Below are positions 8,557 through 17,528 of a stretch of 64,000 nt of DNA, piece after piece; the first letter of the stretch is position 1, and each line of letters starts with the position of its first letter. Source of the stretch: Candidatus Altiarchaeota archaeon. Lineage in GTDB: Archaea > Altiarchaeota > Altiarchaeia > IMC4 > QMZM01. The notes beneath the pieces are model-generated. The model was not told where the DNA came from, did not search any database, and saw only the letters and a program-made list of their open reading frames with translations. The position numbers were made by a program, and so were the translations under genes. The stretch is taken from the NCBI GenBank assembly GCA_016931955.1, contig JAFGDV010000022.1, positions 51,768 to 115,767 of the forward strand, given 5' to 3'.

Positions 8557-8733
8557 ATGAAAGCGAAACTAAGCATTGAGGAGGTCATACAGAAAGTAGA
8601 GGAAAGACCAGAGATACTTGACTACTTGCCTAAACCGTATAAAACCTATATTCAGGCTCTCATGAGAGACAAGAAAAAGGGATACGTGGCTGATCCCAGA
8701 GGGAGGGCTAAGAAAGGCTCTCCCTCACCTTAA
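8557..8733 (+). CDS. Small hypothetical protein
   Basis: GAGGAG RBS; 58 aa. Confidence 0.55.
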   Translation: MKAKLSIEEVIQKVEERPEILDYLPKPYKTYIQALMRDKKKGYVADPRGRAKKGSPSP

Positions 8734-8876
8734 TCCTTGCTTTCCGTGAGTTCAAGGTTTCCCCTCTCGTTGAACTCTATGTCTATCTTTTGTCCTCTTC
8801 CCCATTTCTTTGCTTTTACGACTGATTTGGGGAGGGTTAGGAAAAATTGTCCGTTTTGGCTTTCTTGCAGGATCAC
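8730..8876 (-). CDS. AbrB/MazE/SpoVT family DNA-binding protein
   Basis: GQFFLTLPKSVVKAKKWGRGQKIDIE motif; probable GTG start at 8876. Confidence 0.75.
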   Translation of the reverse strand: MILQESQNGQFFLTLPKSVVKAKKWGRGQKIDIEFNERGNLELTESKD

Positions 8877-8986
8877 TTTCTTAATACCTATAATTTTACT
8901 GATGATACTATATGTTTTTATACTTAAAAGCACATAAATAACCAAAGGGAAAATCCATAAAAGCTTTTATCTCTCCCCCAGCTAAC

Positions 8987-9105
8987 ATACCCCTTTCTTT
9001 AGAGAAGAAAGGTGTATCAGCAAGACGCAGCGCGTCTTGTCTGAGTCGAAACCCTAAGGGTTTCGCTCATCACCCCAAAGAAAGGAATTCGCCATAATGC
9101 GAATT
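8987..9105. repeat. Multi-hairpin palindromic (REP/MITE-like) element
   Basis: Four stems: 8987-9017, 9021-9039, 9042-9069 and 9086-9105; CCTTTCTTT/AAAGAAAGG outer inverted repeat. Confidence 0.6.
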
Positions 9106-9117
9106 TTATGTGTTGAT

Positions 9118-9723
9118 CTAGGACGTGATCTCGAAGGAGTCGATCATTGTTTCGACTGTGTTAAGGTATTTGGAGTATGTGTCCGCTTTTGCTGTGTAGG
9201 TTACCACGTATTCTTTGCCGTTCTTCAGGATGAACACCTGCTGAGCCTTCAGCTTGTATGTGCCCTGCGTGAAGGTTATGACTGTTTTATATGCTGGATT
9301 ACCTCCGACGGTGGTCTTCTCTGAGCTTATGACTTCGAAATCTGTTATAAAGTTCTCGGCGTTAGCGATTTCTGAGTCATAGACTTGTTCGAAGGTGAGC
9401 GACTCATAGCCTATAGGCAGCCTCTCAACCAGGATGCCCACATTCTCCTGAAGGTCGTCTGATTCGCTTTCAGGCGGCGATTTAAAAAAAACAACCGCCT
9501 CCATAAAGTCTTCCTCCTTTGACCACTCAGAGGGGTAATCAATCTTTATGCCGTATGTAGAAGACTCAAAGATCAAGAAACCTGGTGGCCCGGTTTCAGT
9601 TATCGTTGTCGTGGTAGTTGTAGTCGTCTTTCGTGTTGTAGTAGTCGAAGTGGTTGTTTCGTCGACGTCGGATACGCAGCCACAGATCAAAAGAACCAAT
9701 AAGATAAGTGCAAGTTTTTTCAT
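9118..9723 (-). CDS. PsbP-like lipoprotein with Thr-rich linker
   Basis: ICGC lipobox; poly-T; YGIKIDYPSEW...VGGNPAY...MIDSF PsbP-like pattern. Confidence 0.75.
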   Translation of the reverse strand: MKKLALILLVLLICGCVSDVDETTTSTTTTRKTTTTTTTTITETGPPGFLIFESSTYGIKIDYPSEWSKEEDFMEAVVFFKSPPESESDDLQENVGILVERLPIGYESLTFEQVYDSEIANAENFITDFEVISSEKTTVGGNPAYKTVITFTQGTYKLKAQQVFILKNGKEYVVTYTAKADTYSKYLNTVETMIDSFEITS

Positions 9724-9771
9724 CCATGATCACCTAAGTTAGGTATTTGGTATACTTCAATAAATAGGTGG

Positions 9772-10035
9772 TCAGGCGGAAACGATGACGCAGGAGAGCA
9801 GGTACCATACGAAGACGTCCACAAGCAGTGCGATATAAGAGAATCGCAGACCATAAACGCTATCTGACATCTCAAACGTCATAGGTAGTCCTCTCACATA
9901 GGAACCCGCAGCAACAAGACCTTCATCCTCACTATTTAAGCTCTCATGCTTAGGCGAGGACAGGATGAGCGCTAATAAGATAAAGACTATGATCTTCATC
10001 TTCCTAGGACGCAAAAACCCGTGCCAGTCCACCAA
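9772..10035 (-). CDS. Small membrane protein
   Basis: Two hydrophobic segments; RGLP and ALLVDVFVWYLLSC. Confidence 0.6.
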   Translation of the reverse strand: MVDWHGFLRPRKMKIIVFILLALILSSPKHESLNSEDEGLVAAGSYVRGLPMTFEMSDSVYGLRFSYIALLVDVFVWYLLSCVIVSA

Positions 10036-10108
10036 AGCAGAACACCTCCTCGAGCATCTATGAGATACTTTATGGGAGGATTAGGATAAATAATCCCACA
10101 CACAGAAG

Positions 10109-10570
10109 TTACAGGCATGTGCCGTTTTCGCAGCCCCGTGAACACCTCTCGAAAGGCGTCGGCTCAGTGTCTATAGAGGCACCTGAAAATGAAATCCTCT
10201 GGATGCAGTAGGACTCCAGTTTCCCTGGCTTCATACATATCGGCGTCACAAGGCGGATGTAGACGTCTCCTCTATAGCAGACCTTTTCTTCTATACGCTG
10301 TCCGCAGTCGCTGTTGATGAAGCAGGCAATAGGCAGAGTGGTTGTCGTGGTCGTAGTGGTCGATGTCGTTGACGTCGTGGTTATGGTCGTCGAAGTAGTA
10401 GTCGAAGTGGTTGTTGTTTCGTCGACGTCGCATATCTTATTGTCGTTCACGTCCAAACAGCATTCATTCCCCACTAGGATATAGGGCTTATTGCATACAA
10501 TCTCTTCCCTCGCATCCTTCACGCAACCGCAGACTAGGATGATGGACAGCAAAAGTATGAGTTCTTTCAT
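10109..10570 (-). CDS. Cys-rich, Thr-rich lipoprotein
   Basis: VCGC lipobox; CNKPYI..ECCLD.NDNKICD motif; Thr linker; Cys-rich C-domain. Confidence 0.8.
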   Translation of the reverse strand: MKELILLLSIILVCGCVKDAREEIVCNKPYILVGNECCLDVNDNKICDVDETTTTSTTTSTTITTTSTTSTTTTTTTTLPIACFINSDCGQRIEEKVCYRGDVYIRLVTPICMKPGKLESYCIQRISFSGASIDTEPTPFERCSRGCENGTCL

Positions 10571-10692
10571 GCCCTAACACCTACAATCTACTTAAGGAAT
10601 CCAACCTAATAAGCAGTGTTTTATGATTTCTCTTGAATTCTCGCAAGGTTTATATATTATGGATACCTATAACCTAAACAAGGTGTTTGACT

Positions 10693-10848
10693 ATGAGGGA
10701 CATCGGGAGATACCATAAACTCCCCTGGAAGGGGGGACAGATCACCATACGCAAGGATATCGCTCAAGCCCTGAACCTGAAAAACAAAGACAAGGTGCTG
10801 TTAGAGTACGACGAAAAAGCGGGGGTTTTGAAGATAACGAAGCTGTGA
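10693..10848 (+). CDS. AbrB/SpoVT family protein (51 aa; not in ORF track)
   Basis: GGQITIRKDIAQALNLKNKDKVLLE; AGGTG RBS and upstream TTTATATA. Confidence 0.75.
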   Translation: MRDIGRYHKLPWKGGQITIRKDIAQALNLKNKDKVLLEYDEKAGVLKITKL

Positions 10849-10891
10849 TTCTTTATTCCACCAGGGGGATTGGATGAAGAACTCTTAGACT

Positions 10892-11029
10892 GTGATTAAG
10901 GGTATATGTTATGAAGGCTCTGCGATCATCAGGGAGGATCCTACAATATGCGACCTGATCCGATCAGAGAGCCAGAAAGACGAATGCTACGAGATGGTCT
11001 CAGAAGCTGGAGAGGACACACAAGGGTGA
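10892..11029 (+). pseudogene. Fragment of a Cys-repeat surface protein
   Basis: CYEGSAIIREDPTICDLI..KDECY; in-frame stop immediately upstream; no signal peptide. Confidence 0.4.
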
Positions 11030-11374
11030 GTGAAGAAGATGAAACAGTGGGTCCACGTGATACTGCAGGTGTTCATCTTTCTCTTGGTTTATTATCTGCT
11101 CGACCTAAAGAGCGCAGCCGTTGTCACCTCAGCCCACTTTATTCCAACAATAGACTTCCTCATGTTGAAGCTCGGGGTGCTGGGAGGAATGCACCGAAGA
11201 TTGTTCCACAACATCTTCGCGGCAGGTATTGCGTCGCTCCTCTACTATCAACTATTCGGCCCCTTGATCGGTCTCCTTGGATTCTTGAACATGATATTTC
11301 ACTTCGCCCTCGACCTCACAGGTAGGGGGATTGCGATCTTTTACCCCCTATCAGAGTACCGGCTGAGGCTTTAA
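11030..11374 (+). CDS. Membrane metal-dependent hydrolase (YdjM-like)
   Basis: H...P.ID...HRRLFHN...HFALD...GI..FYP. Confidence 0.75.
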   Translation: MKKMKQWVHVILQVFIFLLVYYLLDLKSAAVVTSAHFIPTIDFLMLKLGVLGGMHRRLFHNIFAAGIASLLYYQLFGPLIGLLGFLNMIFHFALDLTGRGIAIFYPLSEYRLRL

Positions 11375-11405
11375 TCCTTTTATTTCAGTGCGCATAATAT
11401 CCTAT

Positions 11406-12389
11406 ATGAAGAATCACCTGGCTACTGCGCTTGTTCTGATGGTCTTGTTTTGCTGTTGTATCGGCGGAAACGAAACAACTACTACGACCACAACTACGTC
11501 GACGACTACTACAACGACGACTACTACAACAACTACAACGTCGACTACTACGACCTCTACCTCCACTGTTCCAGTAGACGTTGAGTGTTATGTTAACTCT
11601 GACTGTGGCTTTAATGGATTGGATATGGCGAGTTATTATGCCTGCACTAAAAACAGGATATACAGCCAATACATAAGCTATCGGTGTGATAAACCCGGGA
11701 CGCCGTACTCTGAATGCGTCGGTAAAATGAAGCAGGAGATAGTGAAGTCCTGTGTGGAAGACGAAAGATGCGTTGATGGAACGCCCTACTGCAGGTCCGC
11801 TGGGGGTTCATGGGAGTACGGGAAAAAATGCGACGGAGATAACTGTTTGGTTTTAAATGACACACAGAACACAACATACAAGGGATACATGTTTAGGTTG
11901 AACTACTCACTATCATCCCCTGAGGGGATAAGCCTCTACGTCCAGAAACCTGGCCGGAGGGTTATCGAGCGGTACCTTATCTTATCCCATGAGGAGCTGA
12001 TTGATAATCTGAGGGTTAAGCTGAGCTATGTTAGGATGCCAGACAATTACGCTGAGATCCTGATAGATCCTCCAAGGGTCAATATGACGACGCACGTTAC
12101 TTTACCTTACTATAATCCCTGTGTTCCATCAAACGCCTCAGAGCTCAGGGGCATGAACACCGAAGGCTATGATGTGGCGTATGGAAAATACGCCTTCAAG
12201 TTCAATAAGGTATATTACCTCGACGAGTATAGTGTTAGCAGCATAACACTGGGTGTCAGAAGGCCTGACAACTCCATTGAGGAGGTATCCTGCACCCCTA
12301 AAGTCAACTGTGGAGTAGATGAACTGCTAATGGGCGTATGCTGGGACAGCCGCTACAATGAACCCATAGTGTGGGTGAAGGAAAAATGA
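11406..12389 (+). CDS. Thr-rich Cys-rich lipoprotein
   Basis: FCCC lipobox-like; long poly-T; CYVNSDCG domain; two repeated beta domains. Confidence 0.8.
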   Translation: MKNHLATALVLMVLFCCCIGGNETTTTTTTTSTTTTTTTTTTTTTSTTTTSTSTVPVDVECYVNSDCGFNGLDMASYYACTKNRIYSQYISYRCDKPGTPYSECVGKMKQEIVKSCVEDERCVDGTPYCRSAGGSWEYGKKCDGDNCLVLNDTQNTTYKGYMFRLNYSLSSPEGISLYVQKPGRRVIERYLILSHEELIDNLRVKLSYVRMPDNYAEILIDPPRVNMTTHVTLPYYNPCVPSNASELRGMNTEGYDVAYGKYAFKFNKVYYLDEYSVSSITLGVRRPDNSIEEVSCTPKVNCGVDELLMGVCWDSRYNEPIVWVKEK

Positions 12390-12571
12390 TCGGATTTGTC
12401 CATAACACCCAAAATACTCATTTTTGGGTAACATTTAAACCTGAAATCCCAATAAGGTGATACACTACTTCTTGATTCACACAGAGATCCCCATAGATGG
12501 AGAGCCCACTTCAGAAATTTTTTTCTTTTATAGCGCCACCCACTTCAAGCTCTCCGTCGGGGAAAACAGGT

Positions 12572-13681
12572 TTAGATCCAACGCTTCTTTTTGAAGTACA
12601 GGGACATTGAAACAGCTACGAGGATCATCACAACCCAGACCGCAGGATAACCCCACCCCCAGTTGAGTTCTGGCATGTTGTAGGGAGACACTTTGGTGTT
12701 AAAGTTCATCCCATAGACGCCTACAACAAACGTTAAGGGGATGAATATTGTAGCGATGACGGTTAAGACCTTCATGACCTCGTTCATCCGGTTGCTTATG
12801 CTGGATAGGTAGATTTCCAGCATCCCAGAGACCATGTCACGGTACGTCTCTATTGTGTCAATGACCTGTATGGTGTGGTCGTAGACGTCCCTCAGATAGA
12901 TCCTTGTAGGCTTTTTTATCAACTTGGTCTCGTCTCTTTCTAGGCCGCCTATTATCTCCCTCAGAGGCCAGACAGACTTTCGGAGGATTATCATCGCCCT
13001 CTTAAGCTCATGTAACGCTTGCAGCGTCTCCGGCTTAGCGTCCACCACAAGCTCGTCCTCTATATCCTCTATATCCTCTCCCAGCTTTTCCAGTATCGCA
13101 AAGTAGCTGTCTACTACAGAATCTATCAAAGCATATGCCAGGTAATCCGCCTCCCTACCCCTAACCAAACTCTTCTCCGTCTTTATCCTCTTCCTCAGGG
13201 AGTTGAACACATCCCCTTCTTTTTCCTGAAACGATAGCACGAAATTATGGCCTAAGATCAGGCTGACCTGCTCCGCAGTCAACGCCTTTCTCCCTTCATC
13301 ATAGAAGAGCATCTTCAAGACGATGAAGATGTATTCGCCAAAGTCTTCTACCTTAGGGCGCTGGTCTGTGGCAACTATATCCTCCAGAACAAGGGGATGC
13401 AGGTTAAAGCATTCACCGAATCTCTCAAGGACTTTGACTTCGTGGAGACCATCCACGTTTATCCAGGTCACAGTGGGGGCGTCCCGGAATGGAAGGCACT
13501 CTTCCACACTCCCGACCTCTCTTTCCTGGAACTGCTCTTGATCGTAGTCTATTACCGTGATCTTCACCTTCTCGGTCTTCCGCTCGCCCACATGGATCAT
13601 AGTGCCTGGAGGCAGACCGGCCTTCAAGCTTTTCCTGGTTCGTTTACCCATTCCTTCCCTGTTAAATAAATGTTCAATCAA
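12572..13681 (-). CDS. corA: Mg2+/Co2+ transporter CorA (start may be 13651)
   Basis: GLPPGT, HPLVLEDI, QRPK, YGMNF, MPEL. Confidence 0.95.
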   Translation of the reverse strand: MIEHLFNREGMGKRTRKSLKAGLPPGTMIHVGERKTEKVKITVIDYDQEQFQEREVGSVEECLPFRDAPTVTWINVDGLHEVKVLERFGECFNLHPLVLEDIVATDQRPKVEDFGEYIFIVLKMLFYDEGRKALTAEQVSLILGHNFVLSFQEKEGDVFNSLRKRIKTEKSLVRGREADYLAYALIDSVVDSYFAILEKLGEDIEDIEDELVVDAKPETLQALHELKRAMIILRKSVWPLREIIGGLERDETKLIKKPTRIYLRDVYDHTIQVIDTIETYRDMVSGMLEIYLSSISNRMNEVMKVLTVIATIFIPLTFVVGVYGMNFNTKVSPYNMPELNWGWGYPAVWVVMILVAVSMSLYFKKKRWI

Positions 13682-13744
13682 CTATAAAACAATATTTAAT
13701 TCCTTAATCCATATTTTCTTATCAGCTTGCTGGTGGATGCTAAG

Positions 13745-14308
13745 ATGATTGCTGTTGTAACCGGGATCCCTGGAACAGGGAAAACAACCGTAGCCAACAA
13801 GGCCATGGACCTGCTCCGGAAGGAAGGAATCGACTATGAGATGGTAACCTATGGTACTGTTATGATCGAGATTGCTAAATCGAAGGGGATCGTTGGAAAC
13901 CGAGATGATATGCGGAAGCTGGACTCCGAGACCCAGAGGATGATTCAGGAGCTTGCCGCCGAGAATATAGCTGGGATGGAGGGCAACATTCTGGTGGATA
14001 CTCACTGCACCATCAAAACCCCCAGGGGTTATCTCCCAGGGCTGCCTGAGTGGGTTTTAAGGAAGCTTAAACCTGACGCAGTCATACTCATTGAAGCCAC
14101 TCCAAAGGAGATATCCACTAGGAGAGGCTGCGATAAGAGCAGATCCCGGGATGATGAATCAGTTGAATGGATCGCGCTTCACCAGGAGATGAACCGGAAC
14201 ATATCAGCAGCTTACTCCGTCTTCACCGGAGCGACTGTGAAGGTGATACAGAATCCCCAAGGCAAGATAGAAGAGGCTGCAGAAGCCATGGCAGAGGTCC
14301 TAAGATAG
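13745..14308 (+). CDS. adkA: Archaeal adenylate kinase
   Basis: GIPGTGKTT; DTH; TPRGYLPGLP. Confidence 0.95.
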   Translation: MIAVVTGIPGTGKTTVANKAMDLLRKEGIDYEMVTYGTVMIEIAKSKGIVGNRDDMRKLDSETQRMIQELAAENIAGMEGNILVDTHCTIKTPRGYLPGLPEWVLRKLKPDAVILIEATPKEISTRRGCDKSRSRDDESVEWIALHQEMNRNISAAYSVFTGATVKVIQNPQGKIEEAAEAMAEVLR

Positions 14309-14309
14309 A

Positions 14310-14729
14310 ATGATCGAGATAACTACCGCAGGGTACGAGATAACCTTGATATCCGCTGTTATTGTAGTCATGAGTTCCCTCGTCAGGAGGGTCGTGATCG
14401 GCCAAGATAAGATGGATGCGATGAAAAACTTGATGAAGGAGAAACAGGCGAAGTTTAAAGAGATATCCAAGTCAGGGGATATGAAGAGGATACAGAAGGC
14501 TCAGGAAGAGATGCTCCAGCTTACGATGGAGAACCTAAAGCACAGCTTTAAGCCCATGCTTATCACATTTATCCCCATCATACTGGTCTTCGGCTGGCTT
14601 AGGGACCAGTATGGTTCATTGAATAATGTAGCATCTTTGTTCGGATTTGACTTAAGTTGGTTTTGGTGGTACTTCATATGCGCTATGGTTATCTCATTAG
14701 TATTTAATAAGGTTTTGGAGGTGATTTAG
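14310..14729 (+). CDS. DUF106 (EMC3/TMCO1, Oxa1 superfamily) membrane protein
   Basis: TM, coiled coil, SFKPMLITFIP, WFWWYF; conserved adk-DUF106-rpl34e order. Confidence 0.9.
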   Translation: MIEITTAGYEITLISAVIVVMSSLVRRVVIGQDKMDAMKNLMKEKQAKFKEISKSGDMKRIQKAQEEMLQLTMENLKHSFKPMLITFIPIILVFGWLRDQYGSLNNVASLFGFDLSWFWWYFICAMVISLVFNKVLEVI

Positions 14730-15104
14730 ATGACTGCGCCACAGTATAGGTCAAGGTCTAAGAAGAGAAGCAAGGTTAAGCTCCCTGGAGGGAAGACAGT
14801 AGTGCACTACAAACAGAAGAAGCCAGGCAAGCACGTATGCGGAAGATGCGGTAAGCCGCTTTCAGGCGTACCGAACGCTGTCCCCTCCGAGACAAAGAAG
14901 CTCTCAAAAAGCGAGAAGATCCCTGAGAGACCCTATGCAGGAGTCCTCTGCACTGAATGCACTGAAAGATTATTCCGCTATAAGACAAGGTTTGAGGTCA
15001 AATACCGGTATCCAGAATATGCAGACCTCGCTCTGAGAAGAGACCTGACCATAGAGAGATATCTGCCCACAACGTGGTGGGATGGGTTGCAGAAGAAGGG
15101 ATAA
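14730..15104 (+). CDS. rpl34e: 50S ribosomal protein L34e with C-terminal extension
   Basis: RSRS..PGG...CGRCGKPL.GV...PERPYAGVLC..C. Confidence 0.95.
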   Translation: MTAPQYRSRSKKRSKVKLPGGKTVVHYKQKKPGKHVCGRCGKPLSGVPNAVPSETKKLSKSEKIPERPYAGVLCTECTERLFRYKTRFEVKYRYPEYADLALRRDLTIERYLPTTWWDGLQKKG

Positions 15105-15109
15105 GGGTA

Positions 15110-15322
15110 TTATTTTTTGACTAACAGATACGTTGTTAGAGCGAATAAGAATACTACAGCTGCAGTTGTAGCTATCTTCAACTCAAACGTTAAACCCGCC
15201 CCCTGTTCCTCCAAGAAACCCAGTATTGCGGAGATGATGCTTCCAACCAGGAGTCCGCCGAAGAAGAGAATGCCTAAGAGGATAAAAAGCAGCTTAGAGA
15301 GTTCAGAAGGTTTCATCCTCAA
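15110..15322 (-). CDS. Small two-TM membrane protein
   Basis: Two hydrophobic helices; coupled to the upstream gene. Confidence 0.6.
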   Translation of the reverse strand: MRMKPSELSKLLFILLGILFFGGLLVGSIISAILGFLEEQGAGLTFELKIATTAAVVFLFALTTYLLVKK

Positions 15323-17478
15323 TCTGGTAAATGCTGATGACGTCTGCTCACATGCCCTGAGTCGATCTTGAGTAAGACTTCTGATCTATCCCACTCCTCC
15401 GATGCCGCCTTGTTCTTCCTCTCCTCGTGGACGATAAAGGCGATTGAAACAAACAATAAAGCAATGATGATCCACTCCATCTTTATAGTAAGCGACGACT
15501 GCTCTGATTTCTCTTCTTCGACCACTAATACAGCCTCCTCCGAGTAGCCGTTGATTTGTATGAGGTATCTCCCCGCCATTGTTGGACTGAATCTCATCAC
15601 TGCGTTGGATCCTGCGCTATTGGATAAAGTATATGACTTGATCTTTCCGTCGGGGTCTGTTATCAGCAAAGCCATCGCCTGCGCAGGATTAAGTACATTA
15701 ATGTTTACGTATTCACCCACTGAACAGCTGTCAACAACGTCGAGTGAAGGGCACTTCCCGCAGGATCCGCCGCAGTCTATTCCAGTCTCACCCGGGCCTT
15801 TGATGCCGTCTGAACATGAGGATGTCATGCAGACTTGGTTGTGACACCATCCTGAGATGCAGCCAAGGTTATTGACGCAGAACTGGCCGTCTTTACAGGG
15901 ACCGCATGGTCCGCCGCAGTCCACTCCCAGTTCTCTGCCATCTAAAACTCCGTTGCTGCAGGAATCTGATCCCTTGATTTCCTCTTTTTCTTCGGTTTTG
16001 TTTTCCACAACAATAACTTCCTCAACCTTGCCTGTAGTGTTACAGGGTGGACAGGATCCGCCGCAGTCTATTCCCTCCTCGCCGTTGTCTTGTATTCCGT
16101 CGCTGCAGCTGGGGCAGGGCTTGCAGGGTCCTCCGCAGTCCATTTCTTTCTCACATGCGCCGTCGTGGCAGTTTAGGATTCCGTCAAAGCAAGAGGGTAC
16201 TGGCTTTGCTGTGTAGGGCATATAGCCACCTGAGGAGTCTTGCTTCCGCTTAGGCGGGGTATACAGTGTGGTTGTTGGAGGAGATGGGGGCTTGTATCCG
16301 TTGCTGAGCGGTAGATAGTCCATGTTTCCAGTCGACAGATTGTAGGGGAGGTCGCAGAAGCCGTCTTTGTCTGAGTCACTGCATGAATCGCTGTATCCCC
16401 CCGTAGAGTTCGTATAGTAGTTTCCCCCGATACGGTTGCCTGCGCCGTGGATCCTTGTCCCATCCTGTTCAGTAGTGTTCCAGGTGTTGTTGCCAACAGA
16501 CGAAGAGAGATTAACTGGCAGGGATGAGCCATTGATCAGATTATTGTAGAGGATATTGTTTTCAGGCACGTCTGCGCCAAAATGCTGTAGATAAATCCCG
16601 ATACTTTGATTGCTCTTAATTCTTGAATTCGTTATTATGTTGTTGTCCGAGTCACCGTATAGGTGGACTCCACAAGCTCCAGTATTTGAGGTTGATATCC
16701 TGTCTTCGGTCAGGTTGTTGTATGAGCTTTCAATGTAGACTCCTATGCTCTGCAGACCTGTTGTGGTTATGTTGTTTCCTTTGACCGTATTATTGGTCGA
16801 GTTTTTGTAGAGTACTGCCCCATACGCTGCCTGACCGGTTGTCGCTATATCATTACATTCAACCCGGTTGTTTGTGCTTTCGTGTAGGTATATACCATAG
16901 CCCAGGTAACCTGTTGTTGTTATGTTATTATTCGTTAGATTGTTGTATGAGCTCTTATAGAGTGAAATGCCTAGGTTAGTCTCTATGCCTGACTGGGTTT
17001 TTATGATGTTATCCCTTATTTGAGAATTTGTTGTGTTCTCTAGGTTTATCCCATTTTTACCGCGTGTTGTCACGTTGTCATTAGTTTCTATGTTGTTGTA
17101 TTCTATCGTCGCCTGGGAGGCGTTCTTGAAGTATATCGCATAGGAGTAATTGAAGCTTCCACCCTGCACGATGACGCAGTTTTTGACTAACACATTGTCG
17201 AATCCATCTGAGTTGTTCACTCCATATCCTGCCTGGCTTTGCGAGTAATTTATCGTGTTTCCTTGACAGTCTAGGGTTATGTTCTCTGCCATGATGTTCA
17301 TGCAGGTTCCGCTGGAGTTCACGCTACCATTTAGGAGATAGGTTGTTCCGGAAACGTTAAGGTTTCTGCACTCGGAGATGTTCTCAGAGGCTGCTGAAGT
17401 CGCCGACAGAAGGGTAAGCACAGCTATAGAAAACAGCCAAAACCGCCCAAATCCAACACACCCAGATCCAAACAACAA
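15319..17478 (-). CDS. Secreted parallel beta-helix (NosD/CASH) protein with DCGG Cys repeats and C-terminal TM
   Basis: Signal peptide; GIYL..S.NN repeats; GGNYY; CxDG...DCGGxC repeats. Confidence 0.85.
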   Translation of the reverse strand: MLFGSGCVGFGRFWLFSIAVLTLLSATSAASENISECRNLNVSGTTYLLNGSVNSSGTCMNIMAENITLDCQGNTINYSQSQAGYGVNNSDGFDNVLVKNCVIVQGGSFNYSYAIYFKNASQATIEYNNIETNDNVTTRGKNGINLENTTNSQIRDNIIKTQSGIETNLGISLYKSSYNNLTNNNITTTGYLGYGIYLHESTNNRVECNDIATTGQAAYGAVLYKNSTNNTVKGNNITTTGLQSIGVYIESSYNNLTEDRISTSNTGACGVHLYGDSDNNIITNSRIKSNQSIGIYLQHFGADVPENNILYNNLINGSSLPVNLSSSVGNNTWNTTEQDGTRIHGAGNRIGGNYYTNSTGGYSDSCSDSDKDGFCDLPYNLSTGNMDYLPLSNGYKPPSPPTTTLYTPPKRKQDSSGGYMPYTAKPVPSCFDGILNCHDGACEKEMDCGGPCKPCPSCSDGIQDNGEEGIDCGGSCPPCNTTGKVEEVIVVENKTEEKEEIKGSDSCSNGVLDGRELGVDCGGPCGPCKDGQFCVNNLGCISGWCHNQVCMTSSCSDGIKGPGETGIDCGGSCGKCPSLDVVDSCSVGEYVNINVLNPAQAMALLITDPDGKIKSYTLSNSAGSNAVMRFSPTMAGRYLIQINGYSEEAVLVVEEEKSEQSSLTIKMEWIIIALLFVSIAFIVHEERKNKAASEEWDRSEVLLKIDSGHVSRRHQHLPD

Positions 17479-17528
17479 TTAAATCCCTAATAGGATACTA
17501 TAAGAAAACGGGAATAAATACTTTTGCA

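Larger units (their letters stand above)
1..8970. mobile_element. Integrated plasmid- or satellite-like element (left end outside window; right boundary approximate)
   Basis: Integrase, primase-helicase, RHH/wHTH/AbrB regulators and many tiny overlapping ORFs. Visibly more AT-rich than DNA after ~9.1 kb. No att or tRNA seen. Confidence 0.85.

Noticed and set aside
9040-9076. Minus-strand GUGAUGAGCGAAAC resembling a hammerhead core
   Set aside because: No stem II, wrong first core base, and the bases are sequestered in a simple hairpin
8900-9110. tRNA or attR site at the element end
   Set aside because: No cloverleaf or T-loop consensus found; att cannot be identified without the left junction
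11478-11570. ACN trinucleotide tracts as microsatellite or phase-variation loci
   Set aside because: Mixed Thr codons encoding ordinary in-frame linkers
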